From positions 1,222,287 through 1,286,286 of the forward strand of contig NW_002060955.1 in NCBI RefSeq assembly GCF_000150275.1: 64,000 nt of DNA, written 5' to 3'. The translations under genes were made by a program, and so were the position numbers. Below, in pieces: positions 50,012-63,790 of this stretch. The DNA is from Trichoplax adhaerens (Eukaryota > Animalia > Placozoa). Position 1 is the stretch's first letter, and the number at the start of each line of letters is the position of its first letter. The notes beneath the pieces were generated by a model. The model made no database searches. It saw nothing but the letters and a program-made list of their open reading frames with translations, and was not told where the DNA came from.

Positions 50012-53000
50012 ATGTCACAATCAAGGTCAGTATTGACTTATATTCAACTTTGATGGTCTTGTCGATTGGTTAATCAATCATTTAAGTATCCGTGTTCTCG
50101 ATTAATAATCTATCTACGTACTGTAGTAAAAGCTTATTATTACTCCGGTATCTAACGACAGTATTGCTAATCTTGCCCTCAAATGGTAGTTATTCGATCA
50201 ATACTCTAGCCAATTTACTTTACAGATGACCAGCAATTTTACAGTAAACGTTAGTTTTGCTGTCTTTAAAACTTTAAATGTATTAGGTCCTATGAGTATC
50301 CGTGTAACGGCTGCTACAGATATGAAGCGCGTGAAAAACAAACTTAGATATTACCTTTCCTATTTTAAATTTATATATTTGATCTATTAGTATCCTTCTA
50401 CAACGGTTTTTGATTAATACTCCTATAGACTCTATAGAAAGCGAGCAGTTGGCAATATTAAATAATTAACATCAGCTTTCCTATCTTTAAATATATATGT
50501 TTCATCATACTCTATCGATATCCTTGAAATTTTTATTCAAGTAACGCTCAACAGCAATAGCTATTATGCCAAGTGTGTAATGGGCAGTTTTAAAATATCA
50601 CTGTAGCTTTCTTATCTCAAGTTAAAACTAATGTAGTAGATCATTAGTAGTCCTTTAATCATGAAATACTTGATAGCTTTATACACATATGTTAACTATA
50701 AGAGGACATAAGAGCAATTTTGTGCTTAAATACTATCGAATGATATGACCTTGAAAGATGGACTTGTGTAGGGCAGTGAATTGGTGGTGTGGCTGGTAAT
50801 TATACTACTTTGAACTTTATTTTAACATCAAATTTTAATTCTAACAGCAACAGTAAAATCCTCCGTATTCATCTGAAAGATTGCAGCGATGGAATCGGTA
50901 AAATCTTACTAACTTATTACATCAGTTCATAAAATAATAATTATACTTTAATATTCTTTAGCGATCAATAGAAACGAACAAGAACTATAACCTCTTTGAT
51001 ACTATACTAACAAATTGATTTCATGATTGCATATTATAGGTGTAAGGATAATTGGTGGAACAAACAGTGCAGCTGGAAGACCATTCGGAATTTTTATTAA
51101 AGCATTAGTATCTGATAAAGCAGCTAAGAAAAGTGGTAATGATAATCAAATGCTAAAATCACCTCTTTGAAATATTTTTTAATTCATATGAAACCCTTTA
51201 GCCTTATAATTGAATCATTTCATCAGAATACAAACTCTAGCTAAAAAATTAAACCTTAAAATTAAACTTTCGTTTGATTTAAAACCAAACTGAGTTGATT
51301 GATTTATCTTTTGTACAATTTAGGTCAATTACTGGAAGGGGATCTCTTGCTTAAAGTTAATGGAATCGATTTGCAAGGGATTTCTAGCGATAAGTAATTT
51401 TATTTCATTGATAAGATCGTAATTTTTTTATAGCATAGAAACCTAAGTATTTTATTTAATATTGTATTGCTAGATGTACTAATGCCCTAAAATCATTTCG
51501 TTTACAATCTCGTCTGAATAAATTATAGAGCTGTATCTATTTTAAAATCGGCTTCGCAATCAGATGATATCAAGCTTATCATAGCAAGAGGAGGAGATGC
51601 AAGGTGGGTTACTGTGCTGAAATATGACTTTATGCACAGTGTATCATATACAAATAAATCAACCGTAAAATCGTAGCATTTGCTAATGTGTTAACTGAAT
51701 CATTAAGTCTTCAATACTGTAAAAGAGCTTTCAATAGAACATTAATAAACGGCTTTATTGTGGCTATAAACTATCTTAACAAAGATTTCATTGAATTAGA
51801 GCCGAATATGAACGATTGCTCGCAGGATTATCAGGAAAATTGAACGGCGCCGATGGATGTAAATTTTTGATAGCCAAACATTAATTGTCTGATCAACGAC
51901 ATAGTGTACTTGATTTTAAAATGCTTACAATTAGCTATTATTATTCCTAATTACTGTAGATTTGAATTTATTTAACCAGTTTTTATACCCTGAAAATTTT
52001 CATTTACAGTATCAAAGAACTTAATTTGAATTCCTTATTTGTATTTATCCTGATTAGCTAAATCGAATTGGGTTTGGAATGCTAACGGTAAAACTATGCA
52101 ACCTGTCACGTCGCAAAACGGTGCTGTTCCAGAATATGAATATGTTCCTAGTGGTCTTCCTAATGGATATAAATCGAACCATGCAAGTTATGGCGATAAT
52201 AAACGCCCGTATTCTATATCGTCACAATCCAGATCTTCCCAGCAGTCTTTCTATTCCGACTTTAGTGCCACACCAGAAAAAGATATCAACTCCAGTAATC
52301 AAGATAGACGTAGTTATATGAGCACATCCATGCCAAAACTAAATGGTTCTCCCGGATCATATCGTCGATTAGATAGCCAAATTTCCATTGAAGATCGTCC
52401 CTCTACTAATTCAGGCCATAGGGGAAATCAGGCATGGCATTCTTCTCCACCATCTGGAAATAAAAGGTCCGTTTCTACTGACCGTGTAGATCGAGGCAGT
52501 ACTAATCAAATTTCATCACAAAGGCACGATTTATCCGGTAATGGCCAATACCCTTCAATGCCCAATGTCTACCAACAAGGCAAAGCAAGTCAAGATAGAA
52601 CAGATCATAATAAATCTTCAGAAAGATCGACCTCCTTATCAGCAACTGGCAATAATTCTAGGACTACGCCAATAGATTCAAGAGCTAGATTTGTGGTCAT
52701 TAATAAAACACAAGCAGGTTTAGGTTTAAGCTTAACAGGAGGTAGCGGCCAACCATTAATTGTGGAAGAAATTGTTCCAGGTGGTGATGTCTACAAGGCA
52801 AGTGAAACATCAGCATTACATTATGTTCTTTAGTTTTCTTGACTTGTTAAAGTAATAATTTACTGCACAGTATTAACTTGGTATATTCGACACTATTGTA
52901 GGATGGAAGAATGCGAAAAGGTGATCATATTGTTTCTATTATGGGCGAGCAATTAGTTGATGTTACAAAAGAATATGCAAAATCAATTATTACAAGGCTA

Positions 53001-56000
53001 AAGCTAAGGTTAGATATTGTTGCATTTCTATTTTTATTTTTGTTTGCGCTTGTTAATAGCCTTAATTTTATGATAAATTTGAAGTATTTATAAAATTCTT
53101 GATTAGTCTTCGGTAAAAACTACTAGAGTAAAATTATTCTATAGTAAAAATTTAACTATAATTAGAACGTATCAAGCTAATTATATTATTTTGCTATGAA
53201 TATCATTGCAAAAATAGCCTTTTGCTAGATACTGATAATTTTATAAGGCTGATAAATATAATTGTGAACGTAATATGTAGTAATTCATATTCACTGACAT
53301 AACATTAGGGATAGAATAACTGAAGTAGAAATTGGATTTATCCGCAACAGCAACAGTCCACATGCCTACAACAGGATTCAATCCATTTCAAACAGTAGCC
53401 TAAATTCCTCATTTAGTGCAGTAGCAGGAACTTACCTTGTTAATGAAGGTCGGCTAATACAATCTAGACAGCCTTATGGTGACTCCTCAGTTGCCTCATC
53501 AAGAGCTTCCTTGTTTTCTAGTCCAACTCGTAATTCCTTACTAAATAGTAGAGATTTTGATAGTCGTAATACTAATACCGAGCCGGAGTTAGATAGAAGT
53601 CCTCAGCCCGATTTAACACCATCACCGACATCTCCTCCTACTCGATATCATCACGACGAAATTTCTCCACCTCGACGAAATGGTGATATTAAAATGGAAA
53701 AGCCGCAAAGATATCCCTCCCCACCTGCAAGTAATATAAAATCGGAACAGGAACGAAAGGTTGTCAAAATTTAGTCAATAATGTTAGGCTGAAAATTGTA
53801 GCATCGCTTGATAAATTGTCCCACATTATAGCTTTGTTAAACATTTTACAAAGATCATAGGACATTAAATATTCAAGTAGACCATTAAATAACTTTACTG
53901 GACTATTACAGTTACAAAATTGCTTCCACAATGCTACTAACCGATATTAGATCAAAATAAAATACAACGCAGTTATCTCTCAGCAGCTGATGATTGTAGT
54001 TAAGTTTAGAAATTTAAACACAGCGAGCAAAGCTCAGCAGCAATATCATAGTACTAACTACACTCCTACAATTATCTAGCTCGCTCAGGACCTAAAAAAT
54101 CTAGCCGAAGGAACACATCAACGAACGTCCTCGTTTTCCGATACGGCATCTAACTTGGGAGGGTTAAGGCCCGCATTAAGTAGTACGCTACCATTAAACG
54201 ACAAATTAGCTTTGGATCCAACTAAGAAGATTAAAGTTGAAAAAATGGAACTGGTAAAGTGCAATTATACTAACAATCGCACAACTACTCTCTACTCTGC
54301 CAACTAACACTCTTCACTTTATATCACCAGGCGCTAAAATACCTGGGATTAGAACCAACAGAAGAAGAGCAGAAAAAATTAAGGAGAAGAATCTTAGCCG
54401 ACCCTTCTGGTTATATCACATATGGAGGTATCCTATTTTAAATAGCATAAGCTATAAATTGTAATTTCTAGTGAGTTATCGAGCGATTTGTGGTGTGATT
54501 TATCTTGTAAATTTCCTATCCCTATTTCTATCGCAGAATTTGTTCGAGCAGCTAGAGAAGTTTTTCGCTTTCAGTTGCCTCCAGCTAATGATTCAGTTCA
54601 TAAACTCAAGCCTAAAAGTTTGGGAAATCGAACTACAGATGGCTCTACGACACGACTGTCCAGTGCTTCTTTATCACAGGTAAGAATCTAATCCAGCCGA
54701 TAGTATTTTGTATCAAAGAACAATTAATATGCACAAAACTGAAACATCCGTGAAGTTTAAACGAAGATTCTTTAATTGATGTAGCTGCCAACAGCTAAAT
54801 CAAGCACTACTTCAGTATCGGGTAGCACTGCTCGCTTCCTTCCGAAACCAATATCAGTCAATATTATGGAAACCTTAGAAAATGTTCGTAGTCAACGTGA
54901 TCAAGCTTATAAGGAAATTGATCAGTTAAAGGTACTCTAACTTTGCTAATATTTATTATTGGTTAGTATTATCAGAAATATCCAACAAAAAATAATGTAT
55001 GCAACTATCCTTAATCTCTTGAAAGGTGCTACTACAAGACAACGAAAGGAGTATGAAAGCAGCTGACAATGAATTATTTAATATCCGACAGGTAGAGCTG
55101 AAAATGAGCAGAAGCAATATTAATTCGAATTTTTTTTGTCAATTTGTAGTTGAAATAGATATTCATCTTGATTCTTATATTTAGCCTTTACTTTCATTTG
55201 TTTCATCATCCATTCGTTAAATAATATCATGAGGGCTAAATTAAGAAAAAATTACTATTGTGATTGTTTTTATGAACTTCAGGATGTAGAAAAGGCTATT
55301 AAGGAAAATCAAGACTTAAGAAAGAGGATTCAGTTGCAAAATGAAGCTCATACTGCTGCGAAGCAAATTGAATCAGAGTATGAAGCGGTAAGATGCCAGA
55401 AATAAAATTTTGAACTAAGCATGTATGCTGTTGAAAATTGTATATTAATACAATATGTGCTTAATCGTGTATAGCTGGTTAAAAACCTAACAAACGATGT
55501 ATCCAAGCTTAAAAATAGCCATCGAGCCCTGAAACAGGTATTTTCCGAGATTAATGTCTCCGTTATGAAAATTTTAGCTATATACAGTAGGCTAATTTAT
55601 AATACAAGTTTCTTGATATATACGCGTATGAGCTAATTTTTTATATCATATCAAGTCCGCAAGTAATGAAATAAGAAAGCAAATGTCCATACTTGAATGT
55701 GAACTGAAGAAAGCTGAGCAAACTAAGCAAAACTACGAAGCGGCCACTGAGAAATTACTTGCATTTGTTCAGACAGTTAAAGCAACAATAAGCGAAGGTG
55801 GTGATACTGGAACTAAATCGCAATATCCAAGACCTCCAGGTAAATCGATACCTGAATATCCCAATAAAGACCAAAATAATAGCATTTTGAAGGATGTAAA
55901 AACGATTTTAAAGACCGTAAAGCCTTTGCTAGAATTTTACGGTAAGTTATAGGTTAATAACTTCAATTCTTATGAATTCTTCTGTTATACAAAGTACTTA

Positions 56001-56356
56001 GTATGTAGATACTATAGAAAACACTGCATGATAGCGGCTTCGTTGTCATTATTCTTCTTTTACTACATGTGCTGTAACGAAATACTAATAATTTCAGTTC
56101 TTCCATATGGCTGGTCTGAAGCGATAGCTGCTGATGGCCAAAAGTATTACATGAAGTAAGTTTAAAATCTATGTTCACTTTTCCACTGACCTAATTTTTA
56201 TACTTCGTAATATCATCAACTTCTAATGTTTGAGATTAAAGTTAAACATAACACTATATTAACTTGTTGCTATTTAGCCATATAACTCAAAAAACAAGCT
56301 GGGAAAGACCAGTACAGACTGGAAATACTGGTTCTACCGACGAATTAATAGTCTAA
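50012..56356 (+). CDS. STXBP4: syntaxin-binding protein 4 (Synip)-like: PDZ-PDZ-EF-like-coiled coil-WW; about 19 coding exons
   Basis: PDZ1 (DCSDGIGVRIIGG...FGIFIKALV...LLEGDLLLKVNG); PDZ2 (GLGLSLTGG..EEIVPGGDVYKDGRMRKGDHIVSI); STXBP4 signature LALDPTKKIKVEKMELALKYLGLEPTEEEQKKLRRRILADPSGYITYGEFVRAAREVF; coiled coil MSILECELKKAE..YEAATEKLLAFV; WW LPYGWSEAIAADGQKYYMNHITQKTSWERP. The start exon 50012-50025 is inferred. Confidence 0.93.
52798..52901 (+). other. GC-AG intron inside PDZ2
   Basis: AAG|GCAAGT donor and TAG|GAT acceptor restore VYK-DGR of the PDZ fold. Confidence 0.85.
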
Positions 56357-58683
56357 GAACCAATTGTGTCTCACTGAAGGTGATTAACAGCAAACATGAT
56401 CATTCGCTCATGAAAGTTTAATAGAAATAATTTTTGGTTCAATTGTTATGGTATATTTATCACAGCTGAATCTCCGGTATTGGCTAGATGGGAATAGAAT
56501 GTAAATTCATTACAATTCACAAATTCTTCTCAACTTCTTGGTACTGGAGACTGTTAAACAATAAGAGTCTGAATTTGATATACATACAAATGTTCTTTGT
56601 GTGCTCCGCATTTAATTACTTTTATATTAAGATTAAGTAACGACAATGAACTATTTCAATTTAAGAAATGTTGGCTATGGTAACAGCAATCGAAATCTGG
56701 AGTACTTTTGTAGATTTGGATCCCGATTTTTATTATGCTATTCCTACAGCAACTATCATTCTTCAACATTACAAAGATATCTATTTTAATGTACTCTACT
56801 TTTCAACCAACACAACCACTCACATATTCAATGATCCAACTGCTAATCAAGCAGCAGTAATAGTTTATCGCCTTCAGACTGAAAAATTTCAATTAATTAT
56901 TTCGAAGATTGAGTCATTCCATTGCATACTAAGCTGTGGATTAATATTTTTATTGATTTCAACTGAAGTGTGGCCTTATGCCGATAATGCTGGATTAAAG
57001 TCAATTTACTAAGTGATTTGGATATCATTCCTAAATACTGACGGTCTCCTTCGATGCAATTGCCGTCTTTACGATATTTAAAATTATTTTTAATCTCTCA
57101 TTATAACCATTACGAATAATTTGCAATTGAAGTCAATAACGATCTCTTAAAGTTTCGCCATATAGTTTGTAGTAGCTTAGGCTACCATTAAATTTACAAT
57201 TTATTCGACCTATTAATGTTGTCTGACTGTTGTAACGACATTTTTATAACTTTTACGTTAGTACATGGTTAACATGCACTAATAATTTGTTTAATTATTT
57301 GCACCAATAAAACTAACAACATTATTAAGCCCGTGTTTCTTGTAGCCTCATTACATTTTGTTTTATTTGAATATTCCTAATTCAAGCTAGCAGCTAGTAG
57401 TCAACTCTTTCTCGATCGTAATAAATAAATTATACGTAATAGCTACCTCTACATTAACTTTTGGTCTATTCATTTACCACCAATTTATCTATTGAAAGTT
57501 GTCCTATTTTTAAACATAAAAATTTCAACATCGTTTTTTATACCATTCCTGTAAATGTAATGCTGATTGTATATGCTTTCTATCGTTTACAATTTGAATA
57601 ATATTTAAGCATAGGCTTGTAAATCTGTTAAATAGTATACGTATGTATTAGAGCCATGTCTATCTATGGCAGCAATGTTTACAAGTTGCAAGTTTAACGT
57701 TGAAACTAAGTTATTCTTTAAGATGTGCGTTATAATTTTTAATTTTTACCTGTATAGAGGACTTTCTGATTTTAAACTGGTATACAGGTATTATTATTAT
57801 ATTGTATTGTATAATGATAATGGTAACGATTTAATTCCAACATTTCTCGATTTAATATAAATAATGATATAGTGATTGTAATCTCCCTATTTCTTTAACT
57901 ATTCTCTAGCCTAATTCAATGTAAGTCTATATCTAAACGGCAGTAATGACGACAGGAATAATTAGAAGCTGCGATATTTTGTAACTGGAGTATCAATCAG
58001 TATTTTCAAAGATTTAACTAAATTTGAATTGCATCTGTAACCCGTAATGAAAAATTTAATTTATTTACCTATATATCATGGTAAAAGAATTTGCTGTAAT
58101 TTAATAAACTAGATCTCAGTAGCATATAAGCGTACACTAAGTTATCAGAATGAGCGCAGATGCCTTTACAAATTCTATTAAAGCACTGCAATTCCAACAC
58201 CTACACTATCTTTTACTATTGCATACGCTATAACTAATCGCTAAGTTGATTCGACCGTTAGTCTGCGCAAAATGTAACAAATTTTACATTAAGAGTACTT
58301 GTAATCAGGTAAAGACGCATGTCGAATCGCGTACCTTTAAAAACTATCATGCAATTTAAAGAACGTAAAGGCACAATGATAAATACAGTGAAGACATGTA
58401 CGCAAGTTATAACTATAATAAAATTTATTATTACTTCAGGACTGAATTAGTCAGTTGGTTCAGTTCCGTCAGAAAATATCAAATTATTCAAAATTTCTTA
58501 GAAATATATTTCAAGGTTGATATAAATACGCCCTACAATAGATTTGGTAATACTTTATCTGCTTTTGCATTTTAGTTGCCACAGGGTGATACACTGTGTA
58601 AAATCAAAGGATAAGGCAACTGTTAAGTGTAGTTACATCCACACTTTAGAAATAAAAATTATGTAAGTATAGCTATTATACAA

Positions 58684-61600
58684 TTATTGAGAATCTTCGT
58701 TTAATTCTGCTGTTTTTCTACGTTGCTTGGACGGCTCACGTAAGGTTTTAAAAGACATGAACAAAATGATCTGAAAATTTATATTTAATGTTTAGTTGAT
58801 AAATATAAAAATATAAGGTTTTTAAGTGGTATTCAAAGCTACAGTAGGAGCGGTCTTTAATTACCATGACCTATTAATCGATCTTATTAATGCCATTAAC
58901 TATAAAATAATGTAATGCACTACCGGTACTTACAGCTAAAAACACAACTAAGCCGGCCATGACACCAAACGTTGCATAAAGATTATGGATAAGACCACCC
59001 GCATACAACGGACCAAAGATCGTTGCAACACTGGCGATTGCACGTCGGAAACCTTGGGTTAGCCCTGTGTATGAGACGTTAATTATAATTCAAGTTAATA
59101 CTATCTATTATTCGATTTTACCGGGGCATTAGTACAAACTAATATTTAAGAATAAGAAGACTTTGTGATACTTTTTGATACCTTGTGTTTCTTCATCTGT
59201 TAATTTTGAAAATAAGGAAGATGATGAAACGATAAAGAAAGGAACACCGCTAACTATGAAAAATGTACTGATGATAAAGGCCATTAAATTGGTTGGTGTA
59301 TCTAAAGAGATATATAAAAAATGAAGGAAAACAATATGGTATTAAAATATTAGGCCCTTGTATACGATATCCATTAGTGTTTATGTTACTGACGTCGCGT
59401 TGCTTGGCCAAAAAATCCAATGTCCCAAACAAGGGAGAAAGTTTGCGCTACAATCCCAATTACCATAAGCCATCTGAAATTGTGAAAAAGTATTTCTTTA
59501 CTTTCTTAGCGATGATTATCACATGGAAGTGTTAAAACTTCATGACTAGTTTATCGTCACGAATGTAATGCTCAAAATAATAATAAGAGTTGATTGCTAA
59601 CCTATCTTCTATTTTCTTGCTAATTATCGTAATAAGTAAGAACACGATGATGGCCAGCAAGCCTACAACACCGTACATGATGCTATTTGCTAATTCACCC
59701 CAACCAAGTAGTTCTTCTGTTAATGGGATCACTAGTGTCTAAAGGCAATTATAAAAAGCATCTTAGAAACAGCACGGAAACAATATTACCAACTGTCGAA
59801 ATTGAGGTTAGTGGTTTAGGGAGTAGAATTACTTCAAAAGAGGTTTGATTGAAGAAAACTACAAATTGTGCTGTTAATAACACAATTAGCTCCTCTCGCA
59901 AAATGCCTACAACGGATAACATGGGGAAAGAAACTTTAAAACCCTTACACATTGGTGGATATACTAAAAATAATTACTTTTAATGAATATTATATCATTG
60001 TAAACGGCATAACAACCGGTTGCATAGTGACACATTGAATTAGTATCTACATGCACTGAAAATTTAAAACATATGTGAAACCTACCAACTAAAAATCCTT
60101 TCTTCTTCGGCTTTTTAATTCGAATTTCTTCATCATCTGAAGATGCATTAATAGAACAACTAGCATTGATACCAACAGTCGGATCTGTATGTTGAGATTC
60201 TTCATCAAGCCCAGTTCCGTAATTATTCATACGCCCAGACTTTATTATTGGAGATTTTTCAGTACTTTCACTAGTTTGATTGCCGTCTCTTTCACGTTTA
60301 GAAAGTGGTGGTTGATCGAAGTACAAGAATAATATCATCAATTCATCAAGCAGGAATAAACATGCCATGAAAATCTGAAAGAAACAGTTTTGAACGTGAT
60401 ATAAAGAATGTTGTCATAATCTATATATTGCGTAATCAAGGAATTGGTTTAAAATGTTAATGTAATCATAAGATGCGAAAATATAACAAAAAGATTTATT
60501 CAAATTAAGAATATTGCCTACTCCTGGAGACGTAAAAGCATCAACTTGAAAAGGTCCAATCTTAAAATGAAGACCCTTTAGGAATACATTAAATGCAGGT
60601 CCTGAAAAGTATGTTTATAGGTGAAATATTTGTTTGAAATTTTTTAAGTACTATTTTACAAAGATTGCTTAGATAAAGCTCCTATTTACATCCTGCTATC
60701 AAAGTAGTTTTCTAAGTAGTTACGTATTAACCTAACAACATTCCACACTGTCTGGCCATCATAGCAAGTGAAAAGACTTTGGTTCTTTCAGCAACTGTAC
60801 TCGTTCTGGCAATCTGGGCGAGTATAGCCGAACCAGCTCCAGCACCAAAGCCACATAATAATCTAGCCCCAAGCAGCCAATATTGTGATGGTGCGGCAAA
60901 ATATAAAAAATTTCCTAGGTAGAATATTTGAATTAAACAGTTGTCAATACAATCGTAGTCGTACAATTAATTATTAGCAATTTGAGGACTTAGCACAAGC
61001 AAATAAATATAAATCTGGAAAAGAGAATAGTAAAGTGGCTTCTCCTAAGGTCTTACGTTAACAACACAAGCATAACGTAACAGGTTCTGATGTACATTTA
61101 CTATAATGATCGAAATAATGCTGATATCAGCGTAACTCTTCATACCTCCTAGTTCGAATAGATTGCCAAAGATGACTACCCATTTAGCATTTTTGGAGCG
61201 GTCGCATAAATAGCCCATTAACGGGTTAGAAAAGAGTTGAGCGAAGCTGAATGCCGACAATATCATGCCATACATCCAATTGCTACCACCAAATCGATTG
61301 ACAACAAAGTTGAATAAGGTTGGTATAATTACAGCTATTAGATAAAATAGTAATAACAACTATAATTAGCTACCCATCACCGTTCCGAAAGTAGGAAAAA
61401 TTACTGAAAATTGCAATACGATAGTAGGCATATTAATCAGTAGCTCAAGTTTTTCATTTGATCGTCTTTTAATATAAATCTTAGGACTTTACAATATATA
61501 AGCGACATTTTTTAAGACTGTCGTAAGTATGCAGTAAAGTACATTTGATAGTAATATCGTTCATAAACGGTAAAGAAAAAATATGCTCTTTGTAGCTGTA

Positions 61601-62895
61601 TCGTGCCTATAGAACTTTCTATCTCTTCGCTGAATGTATTAACTAAGCGATTCTTCTGCATGTGTACGTTTCAGACGATATCTAGTTAGCATTGACTGAC
61701 TCAGAAAGGGCAATATCGTAGACAGCATGTGCTAAACTCCATCGTATCAATTGCATAGTAGCAACTGCCATAGAACACTTCAATTGTAGTCAAAATATGA
61801 TTATAAGCATCCAAAGTAGAATTGATGATAGAACATGTAATAACAGACAGGAGTAAATAAACATATCAACGATTACGATGGAGGTTAATATCGGAGAGTC
61901 CATGCTTTGGGAGGAATATTAGCATTCATGATCAATTATCCTTTAGTTTATTTATTCGACACATTGCTAGCATAGAAAATGACTTTAGTGTAATCCTTTT
62001 CGTTGGTGTTGCTATCTGGAAGTTAGGATTACTGCAATTGCATTTCGATTGGCATGACAGTGACAGCTTGTTCGATAACAAGATTAAATTAATACTGATA
62101 ATTTACAAATTAAAGTATACGCGTATATGCCGTTAGATTAGATCATCGTTCCGCTGCCGGCTAACAAGCTTCAAAGTAATGTTGTTTAAACATGTACACA
62201 GTTCTGTGTACAATAATATTTGCATTCTGTTATTATAACTTGATCAGTTTGAAATAGATTTTACCTTAAAATCTGCCTATAATACAACGAAGTACCGAAA
62301 TTTGGACTATCATTTAGTTATCTATAGTAGAGCACTCGCGTTGATTAAGATAGCAAGACAACAAGCAAGTCCATGTGAAATTCAATCATTATATCTCTTT
62401 TATCTATTCCTGATGAAATCGATCATTAAGATAGTGAAATAGATAACTACGTAACTGTTTATTTACTCGATTAAGTTGACATTGATAATATTTGGTAATA
62501 GTAGAAATAATTTTTTGAACTGGTGATGAAATTGATTGTCGGCAAAAATAAGTTTGTTTCAATGATAAATGATTACTGTTTGAATAAAGGCCATTCATAT
62601 ATCATCAGCAATATCAATTATCCATGTCTAGCTGTTTATATTGACTGACTGTAATCCATTTCTAGTTTACTTATCAAGTTGATTTGTTCTGGTGTGATAT
62701 GATGAAATTGAAAATGCAATTTTTATAGTTGATAAATTATCATAGTCAAATTTCGCTTATTAAGTAAGAGCGATATCAGTCTGTACGTTCATCTAGCCAT
62801 GACATCATGCATTGCATCTTACCATATTCAATTCCTCCTAAGAGAAAGAAGACGCCAATAGACACATTGGTGGAGATTACCTTCCACCGTTTCAT
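58684..62895 (-). CDS. MFSD8: MFSD8/CLN7-like major facilitator superfamily transporter; 11 coding exons
   Basis: Approximate exons: 62895-62823 (MKRWKVISTNVSIGVFFLLGGIEY), 61334-61146 (AVIIPTL...SAFSFAQLFSNPLMGYLCDRS), 60914-60732 (WLLGARLLCGFGAG..IARTST..ERT), 60601-60522, 60374-60086, 59908-59834 (LREE..VVFFNQTSFE), 59738-59602, 59474-59393, 59301-59183 (SLFSKLTDEETQG), 59065-58933 (QGFRR..ATIFGPLYAGG), 58770-58684. Confidence 0.9.
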
Positions 62896-63339
62896 CTCTG
62901 CGGTAGATGAACCGGTTACTTGGTAATGTTGATACGATAAACTTGAAGGATGAAGGCAGAAGAATATCTCTCCCTAATCAAGGAGAGAAATGCCTGCACT
63001 TGGATGCTATCGCAAGTAGGATCTTCTTCTATCGACTAGCAGCTTAGCTTGATCAAATCGTCTTCCAACAAGTTATATTGAAGGAAATGCTTTTCTACCG
63101 AATGGAAGAGTATTCAAAGTATGCCAACTCTGTCTACCCAATAGTAGATGGCACTAGTATCAACGTTTTCTGATGAGTGTTTTGATTATATCATGGATAG
63201 CTCAAATTGTTCCAATCTTATATTATCGAGTGATCTAATAAACTATCCAAATTCAATATGGAGCTAAGACACTATTTAGAATAGACAGCCGGGCGAAATT
63301 GCCATGACATCATAGCCATGATTGCAAATCACCCCATCA

Positions 63340-63690
63340 AGCTATGACGTACCGCACCGTACCGTACCGTACCGATGCCAAAGACTCTGTGTACAGAAAT
63401 GGAGAAGTACGACTATACTGTACGATACAGTACTGTACAGTACCGTATGTACAACATAAAGTACACTGACCACACTGCAGACTATGGACCGACGTTTTGC
63501 AGTACAGTAGAGTACAGTACAGTACCGTACAGTACAAAGCACGGTAACCGGCTTGGCCGGGCTGTACACTGTACACTGTACGTATCGGACAGACAGCCTG
63601 AAGCCATAAAAGAACTCTTTCATGTACAGTTTTATAGTCGATGGCACAGTTGTCCCCGGTACAGGAGTACTCCAATGCATGTTTACAACC
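63340..63690. promoter_or_regulatory. ACCGT/ACAGT pentamer-rich tract upstream of the MFSD8-like gene
   Basis: (ACCGT)n at 63351-63374 and (ACAGT)n-like runs at 63500-63536; GC-richer than flanks. Confidence 0.5.
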
Positions 63691-63790
63691 GCCGATGAAT
63701 GTGGTGGGGGTGGGTGGCCAGTCCATCACATGATACTGACAGTAGTGTAGTATAAAAGATGGAAAGAAAAGAGGAAGAAAACACGCCATG

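Noticed and set aside
56668-57012. 114-aa plus-strand ORF
   Set aside because: Lies in the probable STXBP4 3' UTR before AATAAA at about 57306; no recognisable domain.
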